DNA of 64,000 bases from Candidatus Methylomirabilia bacterium (GCA_041497895.1 JBGQHJ010000004.1:11888-75887); one strand, 5' to 3'. Shown: positions 1-12,543, counted from the stretch's first letter. Notes: generated by a model not told the origin, from the letters alone. A program made the numbers and translations.

Positions 1-1443
1 ACCATGGCCATCGGCGTCCACGTGACCCTCGTCTCGCGCTGGCTCGATCCCGGCGAGACGGAAGCGCTCATCACCCCGTTCATGGTGCTCTACGCGCTGC
101 ACGACGCGCTCGTGAAGCCCATGCCCGGGGGGATCATGACGCCGAGCCTGGCCGAGTCCTGGACCGCGTCCAAGGACGGCCTGAGCTACGAGTTCGTCAT
201 CCGGAAGAACGCGCGCTTCCACACCGGCGACCCGGTCACCGCCGAGGACGTGAAGTTCACGTTCGAGCGGTACAAGGGCAGCGGCGCGAAGCTCCTGAAG
301 GACAAGGTGAAGGAGATCCAGGTCCTCGCGCCGAACCGGGTGCGCTTCGTCCTCAAGGAGCCGTGGCCCGACTTCATGGCCTTCTACGGAACCTCGGCCA
401 CCGGGGCCGGCTGGATCGTGCCGAAGAAGTACATCGAGAAGGTGGGGGAAGATGGCTTCAAGAAGGCCCCGGTCGGCGCGGGGCCCTACAAGTTCGTCGC
501 CTTCACCCCGGGTATCGAGCTCACGCTCGAGGCCTTCGGGGACTACTGGCGGAAGGCCCCGCAGGTCAAGCGCCTGGTCATGCGCTCCATCCCCGACGAG
601 ACCACTCGCGCCGCCGCGGTGAAGACCGGCGAGGTCGACGCGGCCTATCTCTTCGGCGGGGCCGTCGCGGAGGACCTGAAGCGCTCGCCGGGAGTCCGGG
701 TGGTGGCCCCCCTCCTCTACGGCATCTACTGGCTGGACTTCCCGGATCAGTGGGACCCGAAGTCGCCCTGGCACGACCGGCGGGTGCGCCTGGCCGCCAG
801 CCTGGCCATCGACCGGCCGGCCATCAACCAGGCCGAGATGCTGGGGCTGGGGAAACCGGCCGGCGCCTTCGTGCCTCCGGAGTTCGACTTCGCCCTGCAC
901 GTCGATCCGCCCGCCTTTGATCCGAAGCGGGCCAAGGAGCTCATGGTCGAGGCCGGGTACCCGAACGGCTTCGACGCGGGCGACCTCACCCCCCTGCCGC
1001 CCTACACCTCGCTGGCCGAAGCGGTCGGGGGCTACCTGCAGGCGATCGGCATCCGCAGCTCGGTCCGCACGATGGAGCGCGCCACCTTCTTCTCCGGCTG
1101 GCGGGAGAAGAAGTTCCACGGCCTGATCATCGGCGCCACCGGCGCGGCCGGCAACGCCGCCGCCCGCATCGAGCCCTTCTTCACCAAGAGCGGCATCTAC
1201 GCCTACGGCACCCGGCCGGAAATCGACGATCTCTTCCAGCGGCAGACCAACGAGGGTGACCGCAAGAAGCGCGAGGCCGTGCTCCACCAGATCCAGAAGA
1301 TCATCGTGGACCAGACGATGGTCGCGCCGATCTTCCAGCAGGGCTTCATCTGGGGGGTCGGGTCGCGCGTCGAGCAGGCGGGCGCGGGCCTGATCCAGGG
1401 CTACCCGTACGCGGCGCCCTGCGAGGACCTGAAGCTCAAGTAG
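1..1443 (+). CDS. ABC transporter substrate-binding protein, family 5 (peptide/nickel); probably 5'-truncated
   Basis: SBP5-type motifs (PSLAESW, FHTGDPVTAEDVKFT, PVGAGPYKF, GYPNGF). The frame is open to the window edge and no signal peptide is visible. Confidence 0.9.
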   Translation, partial: TMAIGVHVTLVSRWLDPGETEALITPFMVLYALHDALVKPMPGGIMTPSLAESWTASKDGLSYEFVIRKNARFHTGDPVTAEDVKFTFERYKGSGAKLLKDKVKEIQVLAPNRVRFVLKEPWPDFMAFYGTSATGAGWIVPKKYIEKVGEDGFKKAPVGAGPYKFVAFTPGIELTLEAFGDYWRKAPQVKRLVMRSIPDETTRAAAVKTGEVDAAYLFGGAVAEDLKRSPGVRVVAPLLYGIYWLDFPDQWDPKSPWHDRRVRLAASLAIDRPAINQAEMLGLGKPAGAFVPPEFDFALHVDPPAFDPKRAKELMVEAGYPNGFDAGDLTPLPPYTSLAEAVGGYLQAIGIRSSVRTMERATFFSGWREKKFHGLIIGATGAAGNAAARIEPFFTKSGIYAYGTRPEIDDLFQRQTNEGDRKKREAVLHQIQKIIVDQTMVAPIFQQGFIWGVGSRVEQAGAGLIQGYPYAAPCEDLKLK

Positions 1444-1454
1444 GCCGGGCGGCC

Positions 1455-2327
1455 CTACTCGTCGCGGGGGTCTTCCCGGATGAAGCGACCGGTCTGGAGG
1501 TCGCGCAGGGCCTCCTCGATCTCGGCGCGGGTGTTCATGACGAACGGCCCGTGACGAGCGATCGGCTCGCCGAGCGGGCGCGCCGCCGCGAGGAGGAAGC
1601 GCCCGCCCCCGGGCGCGCCGGCGGCCTCCACGAGATCGCCGTCGCCGAAGACCACCAGCGCCGGCGCGCGCGCCGCGGTCCGCTGCGGGCCGAAGCGCAC
1701 CTCGCCCTGGTCCACGTACGCGAAGGCGGTGTGCCCGCGCGGCACCGCCTCGCGGAACGCGGCGCCGTCGGGCAGCGTCACGTCGAGGAACTTCGGCGCC
1801 ACCGCCAGACCGTCGACGGGTCCGGTGAGCCGCCCGCCCGCCGCGTCGCCCGCGACGACGCGTGCCCGCGCGCCGCCGTCGAGCGGGGTCTCGGGCAGAT
1901 GGCTCGCGGTCAGGTCACGGTACTTCGGCCGCGTCATCTTCTCGCGCGCGGGCAGGTTGAGCCAGAGCTGCAGCCCGCCGATCCCCTCTGGGCGCACCTG
2001 CGGCATCTCCTCGTGGAGGATGCCGCTGCCGGAGGTCATCCACTGGATGTCGCCGGGCCCGATGCTCCCGTGGTGGCCGAGCGAGTCGCAGTGCTGCACC
2101 TCCCCGGTGCGGACGAACGTCACCGTCTCGATCCCGCGGTGGGGATGGTAGGGAAAGCCGGCCTCGTAGTCCTCGGGGCGGACCGACTCGAAGTGGTCGA
2201 GGAGCAGGAACGGGTCGAGATGGTCGAGACGCCGCGTGCCGATGCTGCGCCGGAGATGCACCCCGGCGCCTTCCACCACCGGCTCCGGCTTGACGACGTG
2301 GGCGACCGGGCGCGAGGTCTCGCTCAT
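1455..2327 (-). CDS. Pirin family protein
   Basis: DPFLLLDHF, HPHRGIETVT, QWMTSGSGILHEE, GPFVMNT. Confidence 0.95.
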   Translation of the reverse strand: MSETSRPVAHVVKPEPVVEGAGVHLRRSIGTRRLDHLDPFLLLDHFESVRPEDYEAGFPYHPHRGIETVTFVRTGEVQHCDSLGHHGSIGPGDIQWMTSGSGILHEEMPQVRPEGIGGLQLWLNLPAREKMTRPKYRDLTASHLPETPLDGGARARVVAGDAAGGRLTGPVDGLAVAPKFLDVTLPDGAAFREAVPRGHTAFAYVDQGEVRFGPQRTAARAPALVVFGDGDLVEAAGAPGGGRFLLAAARPLGEPIARHGPFVMNTRAEIEEALRDLQTGRFIREDPRDE

Positions 2328-2336
2328 CGGGAGCCC

Positions 2337-2774
2337 TCAGGCGCGCTCGAGGACGACGACCGGGATCTCCCGCATGGTCCGCGCCTGATACTCGTCGTAC
2401 GGCGGCCAGATCGCGGCCATCGTCTTCCACAGCGCCGGCCGCTCGGCCGGAGTGGCGGTGCGGGCGCGCGCCTTGAACCGGTCCGCCATCACCTGCACCT
2501 GCACCTCCGGCTGCGCGACGAGATTGCCGTACCACGCCGGATGCGCCGGGGCACCGCCGCGGGAGGCCACCACCAGGTAGCGCTCGCCGTCGCGGCCGTA
2601 GATGAGCGGAGTCGTGCGCGACTGGCCGGAGCGCCGGCCGGTCGTGGTCAGCAGGAGGGTCGTCACGCCCTCCCAGACGTGACCGTCCTGGCCGCCGGTC
2701 GCGAGGTAGCGCCGGGCATGCTCTTGCTGCCAGCCGGGCGGCCGGCTCGACGGAGCGGGGCGGGGCGTGGACAT
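2337..2774 (-). CDS. Deazaflavin (F420)-dependent nitroreductase/oxidoreductase family (Ddn-like)
   Basis: LLLTTTGRRSGQSRTTPL, VVASRGGAPAHPAWYGNL, YQARTMREIPVVVL; GGAGGT SD before ATG at 2774. Confidence 0.85.
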   Translation of the reverse strand: MSTPRPAPSSRPPGWQQEHARRYLATGGQDGHVWEGVTTLLLTTTGRRSGQSRTTPLIYGRDGERYLVVASRGGAPAHPAWYGNLVAQPEVQVQVMADRFKARARTATPAERPALWKTMAAIWPPYDEYQARTMREIPVVVLERA

Positions 2775-2841
2775 GGGTGATACCTCCCGGCGCCAGTCTG
2801 CCACGGCGCCGGGCCGCCTGCCACCGGCCCGCGGTCGACGA

Positions 2842-3291
2842 TCAGGGCCGGCGGTGCGGCTCCGGGTGCGCCGAGGTCGCCCCGCCGGTCAGCCACACGA
2901 AGCCGCGCAGGATGTCGGTCTCGGTGACGATCCCGATCAGCTTGCCGCCCTCGGTCACCGGCAGCGCGCCGATCTTGTGGTCGAGCATCAGGACCGCGGC
3001 GGCCCGCGCGTCGCGGTCGGGCCCGACCGTGATCACGGTCTTGGTCATGACCTCGCCCACCGTGAGCTTGGTCAGGAGGTGGTTGACCTCCCACACCGAG
3101 AGGCTCGTGGCCTGCGAGGGCAGGTTGAGCCGGATATCGCGGTCGGTCACGATCCCCACCAGGCGGCCGTCGGAGCCGACGACCAGGAGATGCCGGATCT
3201 GCTTCTCCACCATCGTGTGGCGTGCCTCGAGCACCCCGGTCTCCACCTTGACCGTGATCGGGTTCCTGGTCATGAGCTCGTCGACTCGCAT
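2842..3291 (-). CDS. CBS-pair domain protein
   Basis: MRVDELMTRNPITV, IRHLLVV, GIVTDRD, IGALPV, GIVTETD; SD GAGGAGG. Confidence 0.9.
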   Translation of the reverse strand: MRVDELMTRNPITVKVETGVLEARHTMVEKQIRHLLVVGSDGRLVGIVTDRDIRLNLPSQATSLSVWEVNHLLTKLTVGEVMTKTVITVGPDRDARAAAVLMLDHKIGALPVTEGGKLIGIVTETDILRGFVWLTGGATSAHPEPHRRP

Positions 3292-3317
3292 GGGGTTCCC
3301 TCCTCTCTCGGCCTCGG

Positions 3318-3887
3318 TCATACCGGCATGCCCCGGCGCCCGGGGCGCTCGGCCTCCCGCTTCTGGTCCATCGCCTCCGCGCGAATGTGCGCCCGGCACG
3401 GCTCGCAGATCAGCTCGTCGCTCGGCTTGCCGCACACCAGGCACGGCCGTGGCGGTGTGACCGCGGGGGCCGCCGCGGGGGCGGCCGCGCCGACCGCCTC
3501 GAGCGACCCGGCGGGCACGGTGAGGACCGGACAGGGCGCCAGCCGCACCACCGTCTCGGCGACGCTGCCCAGGATCGCGTGGCTAAAACCCGTGCGCCCG
3601 TGCGTGCCGAGCACGATGAGGCCGATGCCCTTCTCGCGCGCGTAGTCGACGATCGTTCGCCCGGCCAGCCCGGTCCGCAGCGCGGTCTCCACCCGGAGCC
3701 CCTCGGCGAGACCCTGGCTCGCCCGCGCGAGCTGCTCGCGGAAGGTCGATGGATCGGTGACGGGAGGCACCACGTACAGCACGTGCAGGCGAGCCCGCGC
3801 CTCGAGGGCCATGCCACGCGCGATCCGGCCCGCCGCCTCGGAGGCGGGGGAGAAGTCGGTCGGGAAGAGAATCTCGGTCGGTCGCAT
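3318..3887 (-). CDS. Universal stress protein with C-terminal CxxC-x8-CxxC extension
   Basis: ILFPTDFS, LIVLGTHGRTG, LGSVAETVVRLAPCPVLTV, then CLVC...CEPC. Confidence 0.9.
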   Translation of the reverse strand: MRPTEILFPTDFSPASEAAGRIARGMALEARARLHVLYVVPPVTDPSTFREQLARASQGLAEGLRVETALRTGLAGRTIVDYAREKGIGLIVLGTHGRTGFSHAILGSVAETVVRLAPCPVLTVPAGSLEAVGAAAPAAAPAVTPPRPCLVCGKPSDELICEPCRAHIRAEAMDQKREAERPGRRGMPV

Positions 3888-3901
3888 GTCGTCCTCCTCG
3901 C

Positions 3902-4369
3902 TCACTTGACCACCAGCACCTCGACGGGCGAGCGCTTGAGCGCGGCCTCGGCGACGCTCCCCAGCAGGAAGTGGGTCACCGCGCCCGCCCCCCTCGCCCC
4001 CACCACCAGCACGTCCGCCCGCTCCGCGCGGAGCGCGGCCAGCAACTCCGGCAGCGGGAGCCCGGTCCGCACGACGCCGCGGGCGCGCCAGCCGGCCTTC
4101 GCCAGCAGGGCGGCGGCGCCGTCGACCTGGCGCTGGGCCACCGACCGGCGGATCCGCTCCATGGAGGCCGCCTGCGCCGCGATCTGCGCGCGCATCGGAG
4201 CGGGCACGAGCGGCATCGCCGGCAGCCGCACCGGCTCGACCACGCGCACGCACGTCACCCGGCCGCCCCGCGGGGGACGGAGCCGCGCCACGAAGGCGGC
4301 GGCCCGGCGCGAGTGCGCCGACCCGTCCAGCCCGACCACGATACGGCGGTACCTCCGCGGAGCGGCCAT
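3902..4369 (-). CDS. Universal stress protein
   Basis: IVVGLDGS, DVLVVGARG, LLGSVAEAALKRSPVEVLVVK. Confidence 0.9.
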   Translation of the reverse strand: MAAPRRYRRIVVGLDGSAHSRRAAAFVARLRPPRGGRVTCVRVVEPVRLPAMPLVPAPMRAQIAAQAASMERIRRSVAQRQVDGAAALLAKAGWRARGVVRTGLPLPELLAALRAERADVLVVGARGAGAVTHFLLGSVAEAALKRSPVEVLVVK

Positions 4370-4378
4370 CGAGCTCTC

Positions 4379-6469
4379 CTAGGCGCCGAGGCTGGCCCGC
4401 GCGTCGACCACGATCGCGCCGTCCGGGCTCGCCAGCAGAGGGTTGATCTCGATCTCTCGCAGCTCGGGGAGATCCACCATCAGCTGCGAGAACCGGCTGA
4501 TGATGCCGGCGAGCGCGAGGCGATCCACCGGCCGCTCGCCGCGGATGCCGCGGAGCAGCGGCGCGATACGGAGCTCGTCGAGGAGCGTCGCCGCCTCGTC
4601 GGGAGAGACCGGGGCCAGGCACACCGCGGTGTCGCCCATGACCTCGACGTAGATGCCGCCGAGCCCGACCATCAGGACCGGGCCCCACTGCGGATCGCGC
4701 ACGCCGCCCAGCAACAGCTCCTTGCCGGTCGGGGCCATCGCCTCGACGAGCAGCCCGCGGATCGTCGCCTGCGGCCGCTCCACCGCGACCCGCGCCAGCA
4801 TGGCCGCCGCCGCCTCGCGCACCGCGCGCGCGTCGCGCAGGCCGAGGGCCACGCCGCCCACCTCGGTCTTGTGGGTGATGTCGGGCGAGACGATCTTCAG
4901 GGCCACCGGGAAGCCGAGACGCTCCGCGGCGGCCGCCGCGTCGTCCGCACTCTTGACCACGCGGCCCTCGACGCCGGGAATACCGTAGGCGGTGAGCAGC
5001 GGCTGCAGCTCGGGCGTGCCGAGCTGCCGCGCCCCCGGGCCGCCCTGCTCACCGAGCCAGGCGCGGGCCGCGGCCGGGTCGACCGACGGGACGAACGGGC
5101 TCGGGTCCCTGAGCCGGCGCTCGCTGAGCTTCGCCATGCCGGCCAGCGTCTTGACGGCCGGCTCGGGGAAGGCGTAGCACGGGATGCCGGCCTCCTCGAG
5201 GGTGCGGATCCCGGGGGCCACGCGCGCGCCTCCCACGAAGGCCGCGACCACCGGGATCGACCAGCCGAGCGTCGCGCCCGCGATGGTGCGCGCCACGCTG
5301 GCCGCGTCGGTCGCGGCCTGCGGCGTCAGGAGCACGAGCATCGCGTCGGCGCTCTCGCTGCCCAGGGTGTGCAGCGCGTGGCCGTACCGGCGCGCGTCGG
5401 CGTCGCCCACCAGGTCCACCGGGTTGCCGAGCCCGGCCGTCGCGGGCAGCCCCTCGGCAAGTCGCCGGCGCAGCGGCTCGGCGGGCGGCTCCATGGTGAA
5501 GGCGGCGGCCCGCGCCGCGTCCGTGGCGACGATGCCGAGACCGCCCCCGTTGGTCACCACCACCAGACGGCGGCCGCGCGGCATCGGCTGGCTCGCGAGC
5601 CCGCGCGCGACGTCGAACAGCTCCTCGACGGTGTCGACGCGCAGCGCGCCCGCCTGCCGGACCGCCGCGTCGAAGGCCCGGTCGGATCCGGCAAGCGCGC
5701 CGGTGTGCGAGGCGACCGCGCGCGCGCCCTCGGGGGAGCGCCCCGCCTTCAGCACCACCACCGGCTTGATGAGGGCGGCGCGCCGGAGCGCGTCGAGGAA
5801 CCGGCGGCCGTCGGCCACGCCCTCGATGTAGCACGCCACCACGCGGGTCTCCGCGTCGGTGGCCACCGCATCGAGCAGGTCGCTCTCGTTGACGTCGGCC
5901 TGGTTGCCGAGCGAGGCGAAGAGGGAGAAGCCGACCCGGCGGTCGCGCGCCCAGTCGAGGATCGCCACCGCGAGCGCGCCGGAATGGGAGAGGAAGGCGA
6001 TGCCGCCGGGCTCGGGCATGCCGGGGGCGAACGTCACGTTGAGCCGCCTGGTCGGCCGGATCCAGCCGAGGCAGTTCGGTCCCAGCACGCGGATCGGCTG
6101 GTCCCGCAGCCACTCGCGCAGCTGGGCCTCCCGCCGCGCGCCCTCCCCGCCGATCTCCCGGAAGCCGGCCGAGATCACCACCGCGCCGCCCACTCCCTTG
6201 GCCACGCACTGCACGAGCGCGGGCAGCACGTCGACCGCGGGCAGCGCGATCACGGCCAGGTCCACCGGGCCCTCGGCGTCCTGGATCCGCGGCACCGCGG
6301 CCAGGCCCTGCACCGTGCTCGCGCGCGAGTTGACCGGGATGATGCGGCCGCGGAAGCCGGCCGAGCGCAGGTTGGCGACGACGCTGCCGCCGACCTTGAA
6401 CGGATCGCGCGAGGCCCCGATCACCGCCACGCTGCCCGGGTCGAGGAACGGAACGAGCGAGCCGCTCAC
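4379..6469 (-). CDS. Acyl-CoA synthetase (NDP-forming)/acetate-CoA ligase family, fused alpha-beta
   Basis: SVAVIGAS, GPNCLG, SLGNQAD, ASHTGALAGS (phospho-His site), C-terminal ATP-grasp (FPVALKIVSPDITHKTEVGGV, EINPL); no GNAT domain. Confidence 0.9.
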   Translation of the reverse strand: MSGSLVPFLDPGSVAVIGASRDPFKVGGSVVANLRSAGFRGRIIPVNSRASTVQGLAAVPRIQDAEGPVDLAVIALPAVDVLPALVQCVAKGVGGAVVISAGFREIGGEGARREAQLREWLRDQPIRVLGPNCLGWIRPTRRLNVTFAPGMPEPGGIAFLSHSGALAVAILDWARDRRVGFSLFASLGNQADVNESDLLDAVATDAETRVVACYIEGVADGRRFLDALRRAALIKPVVVLKAGRSPEGARAVASHTGALAGSDRAFDAAVRQAGALRVDTVEELFDVARGLASQPMPRGRRLVVVTNGGGLGIVATDAARAAAFTMEPPAEPLRRRLAEGLPATAGLGNPVDLVGDADARRYGHALHTLGSESADAMLVLLTPQAATDAASVARTIAGATLGWSIPVVAAFVGGARVAPGIRTLEEAGIPCYAFPEPAVKTLAGMAKLSERRLRDPSPFVPSVDPAAARAWLGEQGGPGARQLGTPELQPLLTAYGIPGVEGRVVKSADDAAAAAERLGFPVALKIVSPDITHKTEVGGVALGLRDARAVREAAAAMLARVAVERPQATIRGLLVEAMAPTGKELLLGGVRDPQWGPVLMVGLGGIYVEVMGDTAVCLAPVSPDEAATLLDELRIAPLLRGIRGERPVDRLALAGIISRFSQLMVDLPELREIEINPLLASPDGAIVVDARASLGA

Positions 6470-6888
6470 GCGTGGGGCCCCTCGGCGATCGCCAGCAGCG
6501 CCTCGAGGGCGTCCGCGGCCGTGAAGACGCCCACCACCTGCTCCCCGTCCCAGACCGGGAGCGCGCCGATCCGGCGCTCGAGCATGAGCCGCGCCGCCAC
6601 CGTCATCGGCACCCCGCGCCCCACGCTGACCGGGCCCTCGCTCATGATGGAGCGCACCGGCGCGGCGAGCGCGGGCGACCCCGGCTCGTGGCCGACGAGC
6701 CGCCGCAGGTCACGGTTGGAGAGGATGCCGGTGAGCACCGGGCCGTCCATCACGAGCAGGTGCCGCACGGCGGCGCGATCCATCAGGGCGACGGCGACGT
6801 GGACCGGGGTGTCCTCGGCCACCGCCACCGGCGGCTTGCTCATCCAGTCGCCCACCGTCCCGCCGCGCGCCCCGCCGTCCGGCGTCAT
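6466..6888 (-). CDS. CBS-pair domain protein
   Basis: VGDWMSKPPV, VRHLLV, GILSNRD, IGALPV; stop overlaps the next GTG. Confidence 0.85.
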   Translation of the reverse strand: MTPDGGARGGTVGDWMSKPPVAVAEDTPVHVAVALMDRAAVRHLLVMDGPVLTGILSNRDLRRLVGHEPGSPALAAPVRSIMSEGPVSVGRGVPMTVAARLMLERRIGALPVWDGEQVVGVFTAADALEALLAIAEGPHA

Positions 6889-6893
6889 GGCGC

Positions 6894-7334
6894 TCAGGCG
6901 GGCTCGCGCACCGTGAGCACGGGGCACGGCGCGAGCCGGATCACCCGATCGGCCACGCTGCCGAGGAGCGCGCGGTCGATCCCGCCGCGCCCGTGGGTGC
7001 CGATGACGATCAGGTCGGCCCGCTCGTCCACCGCGAGCGTCACGATCTCCTGGTAGGCCACGCCGCTGCGGAGCGCGGCGCGCGCCGAGAGGCCCTCGGC
7101 CCGCGCCTTGGCCGCCCACTCCTCGAGCGCGGCGTCGGCGAAGCTCCGGGCCGCCTCGAAGACCTCGCGCACCTTGGGCATGATGAACGGGCCCTCGCGG
7201 AACAGCGGAGCCTCGGTCAGCACGTGGGTCAGCACCAGCTCCGCGCCCGACATGCCGGCGAGCCGCTGCGCGAGACGCCACGCGTCCTCCGAGCACGACG
7301 AGAAGTCGGTCGGGACGATGATCCGGTAGAACAT
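6894..7334 (-). CDS. Universal stress protein
   Basis: IIVPTDFS, DLIVIGTHGRGG, LGSVADRVIRLAPCPVLTV. Confidence 0.92.
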   Translation of the reverse strand: MFYRIIVPTDFSSCSEDAWRLAQRLAGMSGAELVLTHVLTEAPLFREGPFIMPKVREVFEAARSFADAALEEWAAKARAEGLSARAALRSGVAYQEIVTLAVDERADLIVIGTHGRGGIDRALLGSVADRVIRLAPCPVLTVREPA

Positions 7335-7338
7335 GGTG

Positions 7339-7770
7339 CTAGGCCTCCCCGATCGGGATCATGGTGCCCCGGGCCGCGGGCGTCTTGGGCAGCGTCACGG
7401 TCAGGAGCCCGTTCTTGACCGTCGCGGTCACCCGCGCCGCGTCCACCGCCACCGGCAGACGCAGGGTGCGGACGAAGACCCCGCAGACGCGCTCGGCGTG
7501 ATGATAGCGCGCCCCGGGCTCCCGGCGCTTCTCCCCCTTGATCGTGAGCAGGCCGTCGTGGAGCGCGATCTCGACGTCCTGCCGCTCCAGTCCCGGCACC
7601 TCGAGAGTCGCGACCAGGCTGTCGCCGGTCTCGGCGACATCCAGGCTGGGTACCCAGTCCCCCAGCGCCGGCAGCTCCGTGCGCTTGACCCGCGCGATGC
7701 GATCGAGCAGCCGGTCCATCTCCCGCTGCAGGCTTTCGATTCCGGCCCACGGCATCAGCCCGCGCATCAT
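7339..7770 (-). CDS. Hsp20/alpha-crystallin small heat-shock protein
   Basis: PSLDVAET, LLTIKGEK, ATVKNGLLTVTLPK. Confidence 0.92.
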   Translation of the reverse strand: MMRGLMPWAGIESLQREMDRLLDRIARVKRTELPALGDWVPSLDVAETGDSLVATLEVPGLERQDVEIALHDGLLTIKGEKRREPGARYHHAERVCGVFVRTLRLPVAVDAARVTATVKNGLLTVTLPKTPAARGTMIPIGEA

Positions 7771-7818
7771 GGTGGTCTTCCTCCCTCCTCGAGCGTCACG
7801 TGCCCGCCCTCGAAGATT

Positions 7819-7834
7819 TGCAACGCGAGTGCCA
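7819..7834 (-). promoter_or_regulatory. sigma54 -24/-12 promoter P1 (hsp20-usp-cbs-acyl-CoA synthetase operon)
   Basis: Minus strand TGGCAC-TCGCG-TTGCA; IHF-like ATTCGGGCAGTTA at 7851-7863. Confidence 0.9.
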
Positions 7835-7885
7835 CGAGAGACCCCCGTCGATTCGGGCAGTTACGGCCGGCGGCGGCGCGACCGC

Positions 7886-7922
7886 CGAGGCGGCCCCGCC
7901 TCGCTGTGGCGACGGCGCCCCA
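7886..7922. promoter_or_regulatory. Tandem 18-bp palindromes (putative bEBP enhancer) U1
   Basis: CGAGG-cggccccg-CCTCG c TGTGG-cgacggcg-CCCCA. Confidence 0.75.
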
Positions 7923-7929
7923 GGACCTC

Positions 7930-7958
7930 TTGAAGCCACCCGGCCCTTGGCCCACAAT
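7930..7958 (+). promoter_or_regulatory. Possible sigma70-type promoter for the sensor kinase
   Basis: TTGAAG-N17-CACAAT, ending 33 bp before the GTG start. Confidence 0.4.
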
Positions 7959-7991
7959 GCAGGCGTTCATGATCCCGCGCGCCGAGGCCAC

Positions 7992-10157
<2,166 letters not shown>

Positions 10158-10184
10158 CGGTGACCGGTCGCCCGCGGCGCGGGC

Positions 10185-11618
10185 TCAGTCCCGGTCCTCG
10201 CGCTTTGCGGTCTCGGCGCGCTCGCGATGGAGGCTGCGTGCGTGGAGCAGCAGGCCGAGCGCCAACCACAGCGCGATCACCGCCACCGGCACCGCGATCA
10301 GCCGCGGCCAGACGAGGCCGAGGAGGGCCAGCGCCACGAGCGCGACCCCGGCGCCGCCCATGATGCGCGCCTCGGCCGGACCCAGCGCGCGGCGCCCGGT
10401 CACCGCGGCACTCACCGCGCTGCCGATGCTCACCGCCCCGGCGGCGGCCCGACCGGCGCTGCCTCGCCGCCGGGCCCGGCGGCGAGGCGAGGGCGCGGTC
10501 CGCACCACGCGCGAGCGCGCCGAGAGGGTGATCTCGGTGGCGCGCGTGAGGTCGTCGAGGTACATCCGCTCCATGGCCTGCGCGAAGCCTTCGTCCTCCA
10601 CCGCCACGTCGAGCTCCCAGTTCCCGAACCAGGACTGCAGGTTCAGGTTGGTCGAGCCCACGCGGGCCCAGCGACCGTCCGCGACCGCGGTCTTGGCGTG
10701 CAGCATGGATCCGTTCCACTCGTAGACGCGCACGCCCGCCTCGAGGAGCGGGCGATAGCCGGCCCGCGACAGGCCCCGCAGCAGCCAGATGTCGCTGGCG
10801 CCGGGCACCAGCAGGCGCACGTCGACGCCGTCGCGGGCCGCCGAGCTCAGGGCCTGCACATAGGTGGCCGTCCCGACGAAGTAGACGTCGGTGAGCCACA
10901 GCGTCCGCCGCGCCGCCGCCGCGATCAGCTGGTCCAGGCGGTACACCGCGGCGGTGCCCGGGGCGCTCGCGATCACCCGCATCGCCATGTGGCCGGCGGG
11001 CGCGGCGCGATCACGGGCCAGCCGCGAGGTGCCGGGAGCCGGCGACCCGGCGGCCAGCGCCCACATCCGGGCGAACGCCTCCTCGAGCGCGGCCACCGCT
11101 GGCCCGCGCACCGCCACGCCGGTGTCGCGCCATGGCTCGATCCCGCGCGCGGGATCGCCCACCCAGTGGCGGCCCACGCAGAGGCCGGTGACGAACGCGA
11201 CCCGCCCGTCGACCGCGAGCATCTTCCGGTGATCGCGCGCCAGCCAGGCGAACGGGCTCGACAGGCCCGGCGGATTGAAGCCGCGCACCTCGACGCCCGC
11301 CGCGCGCAGGTCGCGCCAGAACCGCCGGCCGGTCTTGCCGACCGCGCCGAGCCAGTCGTAGATCACGCGCACGCGCACCCCCGAGCGGGCGCGCGCCGCG
11401 AGCGCGCGGGCGAACTCCTGTCCGGTCGCGTCGTCGTGGATGATGTAGCTCTCGAAGTGGATCGTGTGCTCCGCCGCCCGGATGGCCCCGAGCCACGCCG
11501 GGTAGTTCTGGCCCGCGTCCTTGAGCAGGCGCACCTCGTTGCCGGTGATGAGGGGTGCTCCCGACGCGCGGGCGAACGCTTGCTCGACGACCGGGAAGGT
11601 CTTCCGGGGCTCGTCCAC
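10185..11618 (-). CDS. cls: Cardiolipin synthase / phospholipase D family
   Basis: Two HKD motifs ([16 protein letters not shown]), WRDT, GSTNLN. Confidence 0.88.
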   Translation of the reverse strand: MDEPRKTFPVVEQAFARASGAPLITGNEVRLLKDAGQNYPAWLGAIRAAEHTIHFESYIIHDDATGQEFARALAARARSGVRVRVIYDWLGAVGKTGRRFWRDLRAAGVEVRGFNPPGLSSPFAWLARDHRKMLAVDGRVAFVTGLCVGRHWVGDPARGIEPWRDTGVAVRGPAVAALEEAFARMWALAAGSPAPGTSRLARDRAAPAGHMAMRVIASAPGTAAVYRLDQLIAAAARRTLWLTDVYFVGTATYVQALSSAARDGVDVRLLVPGASDIWLLRGLSRAGYRPLLEAGVRVYEWNGSMLHAKTAVADGRWARVGSTNLNLQSWFGNWELDVAVEDEGFAQAMERMYLDDLTRATEITLSARSRVVRTAPSPRRRARRRGSAGRAAAGAVSIGSAVSAAVTGRRALGPAEARIMGGAGVALVALALLGLVWPRLIAVPVAVIALWLALGLLLHARSLHRERAETAKREDRD

Positions 11619-11685
11619 GGGTCCGATTATGCTACAGCCCCCGGCGGGTCCCCCGGGGCATACTCGGCACGAGGGAGGTGCCGCG

Positions 11686-12543
11686 ATGGATGCCCTGCTG
11701 CCGCCTCAGATGGCGGAGCGCGCCGAGACGATCGGGGTGGCGAAGACGTCGATGGACGCCTCGCGGCTCTTCGTGCTCGCGGTCCTGGCCGGCGCGTTCA
11801 TCGCGCTGGGGGCCGTCTTCGCCACCACCGCGCTGGCCGGGTCGTCCGCCCTGCCCTGGGGGCCCGCCCGCGTGCTCGGCGGGGTCGCCTTCAGCCTCGG
11901 GCTCATCCTGGTGGTGGTGGGTGGCGCCGAGCTCTTCACCGGTAACAACCTGATCGTGATGGCGTGGGCGAGTGGCCGCGTGAGCACCCCCGCCCTCCTC
12001 CAAAACTGGGCCATCGTGTTCGCCGGCAACTTCGCGGGAGCCGCCGCGACCGCGCTCGCGGTCTGCCTGGCCGGCACCGCCCGCGGCGGCGACGGCGCGT
12101 TCGGCGAGGCCGCCTTCGCCATCGCGCAGGCCAAGCTCGCGCTCCACCCGTTCCAGGCGGTGGTGCTCGGCATGCTGGGCAACTCGCTCGTGTGTCTCGC
12201 GGTATGGCTCGGCTACAGCGCGCGGACCACCGCCGACCGGATCCTCGCGATCGTGCCGCCGATCAGCGCGTTCGTGGCCGCCGGCTTCGAGCACTCGGTC
12301 GCGAACATGTACTTCGTGCCCTATGCGATCTTCGTCACCGCGCTCGATCCGGAGTGGGTCCGCGCGCACGCGCCGGCCGCGGGCGCCGCCGCGCCGACGT
12401 GGGGCGCGTTCCTGGTGCGCAACCTGGCGCCGGTCACGCTCGGCAACATCATCGGCGGCGCGGTGCTGGTGGGCGCGGTCTACTGGTTCGTCTACCTGCG
12501 GGGCCGGCCGGGCTCGAAGCGCGCGAGCGGGCGCGAGTCCTAG
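11686..12543 (+). CDS. Formate/nitrite transporter (FNT) family channel
   Basis: [42 protein letters not shown]. Confidence 0.92.
   Translation: MDALLPPQMAERAETIGVAKTSMDASRLFVLAVLAGAFIALGAVFATTALAGSSALPWGPARVLGGVAFSLGLILVVVGGAELFTGNNLIVMAWASGRVSTPALLQNWAIVFAGNFAGAAATALAVCLAGTARGGDGAFGEAAFAIAQAKLALHPFQAVVLGMLGNSLVCLAVWLGYSARTTADRILAIVPPISAFVAAGFEHSVANMYFVPYAIFVTALDPEWVRAHAPAAGAAAPTWGAFLVRNLAPVTLGNIIGGAVLVGAVYWFVYLRGRPGSKRASGRES

Noticed and set aside
4379..6469. Protein lysine acetyltransferase (Pat/Pka)
   Set aside because: There is no GNAT domain and the catalytic His (SHTG) is retained, which favours an acyl-CoA synthetase.
11618..11633. GG-N10-GC (CGGGTCCGATTATGCT) upstream of the FNT gene
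   Set aside because: It lacks GGCA, touches the cls start codon, and has no enhancer pair nearby.
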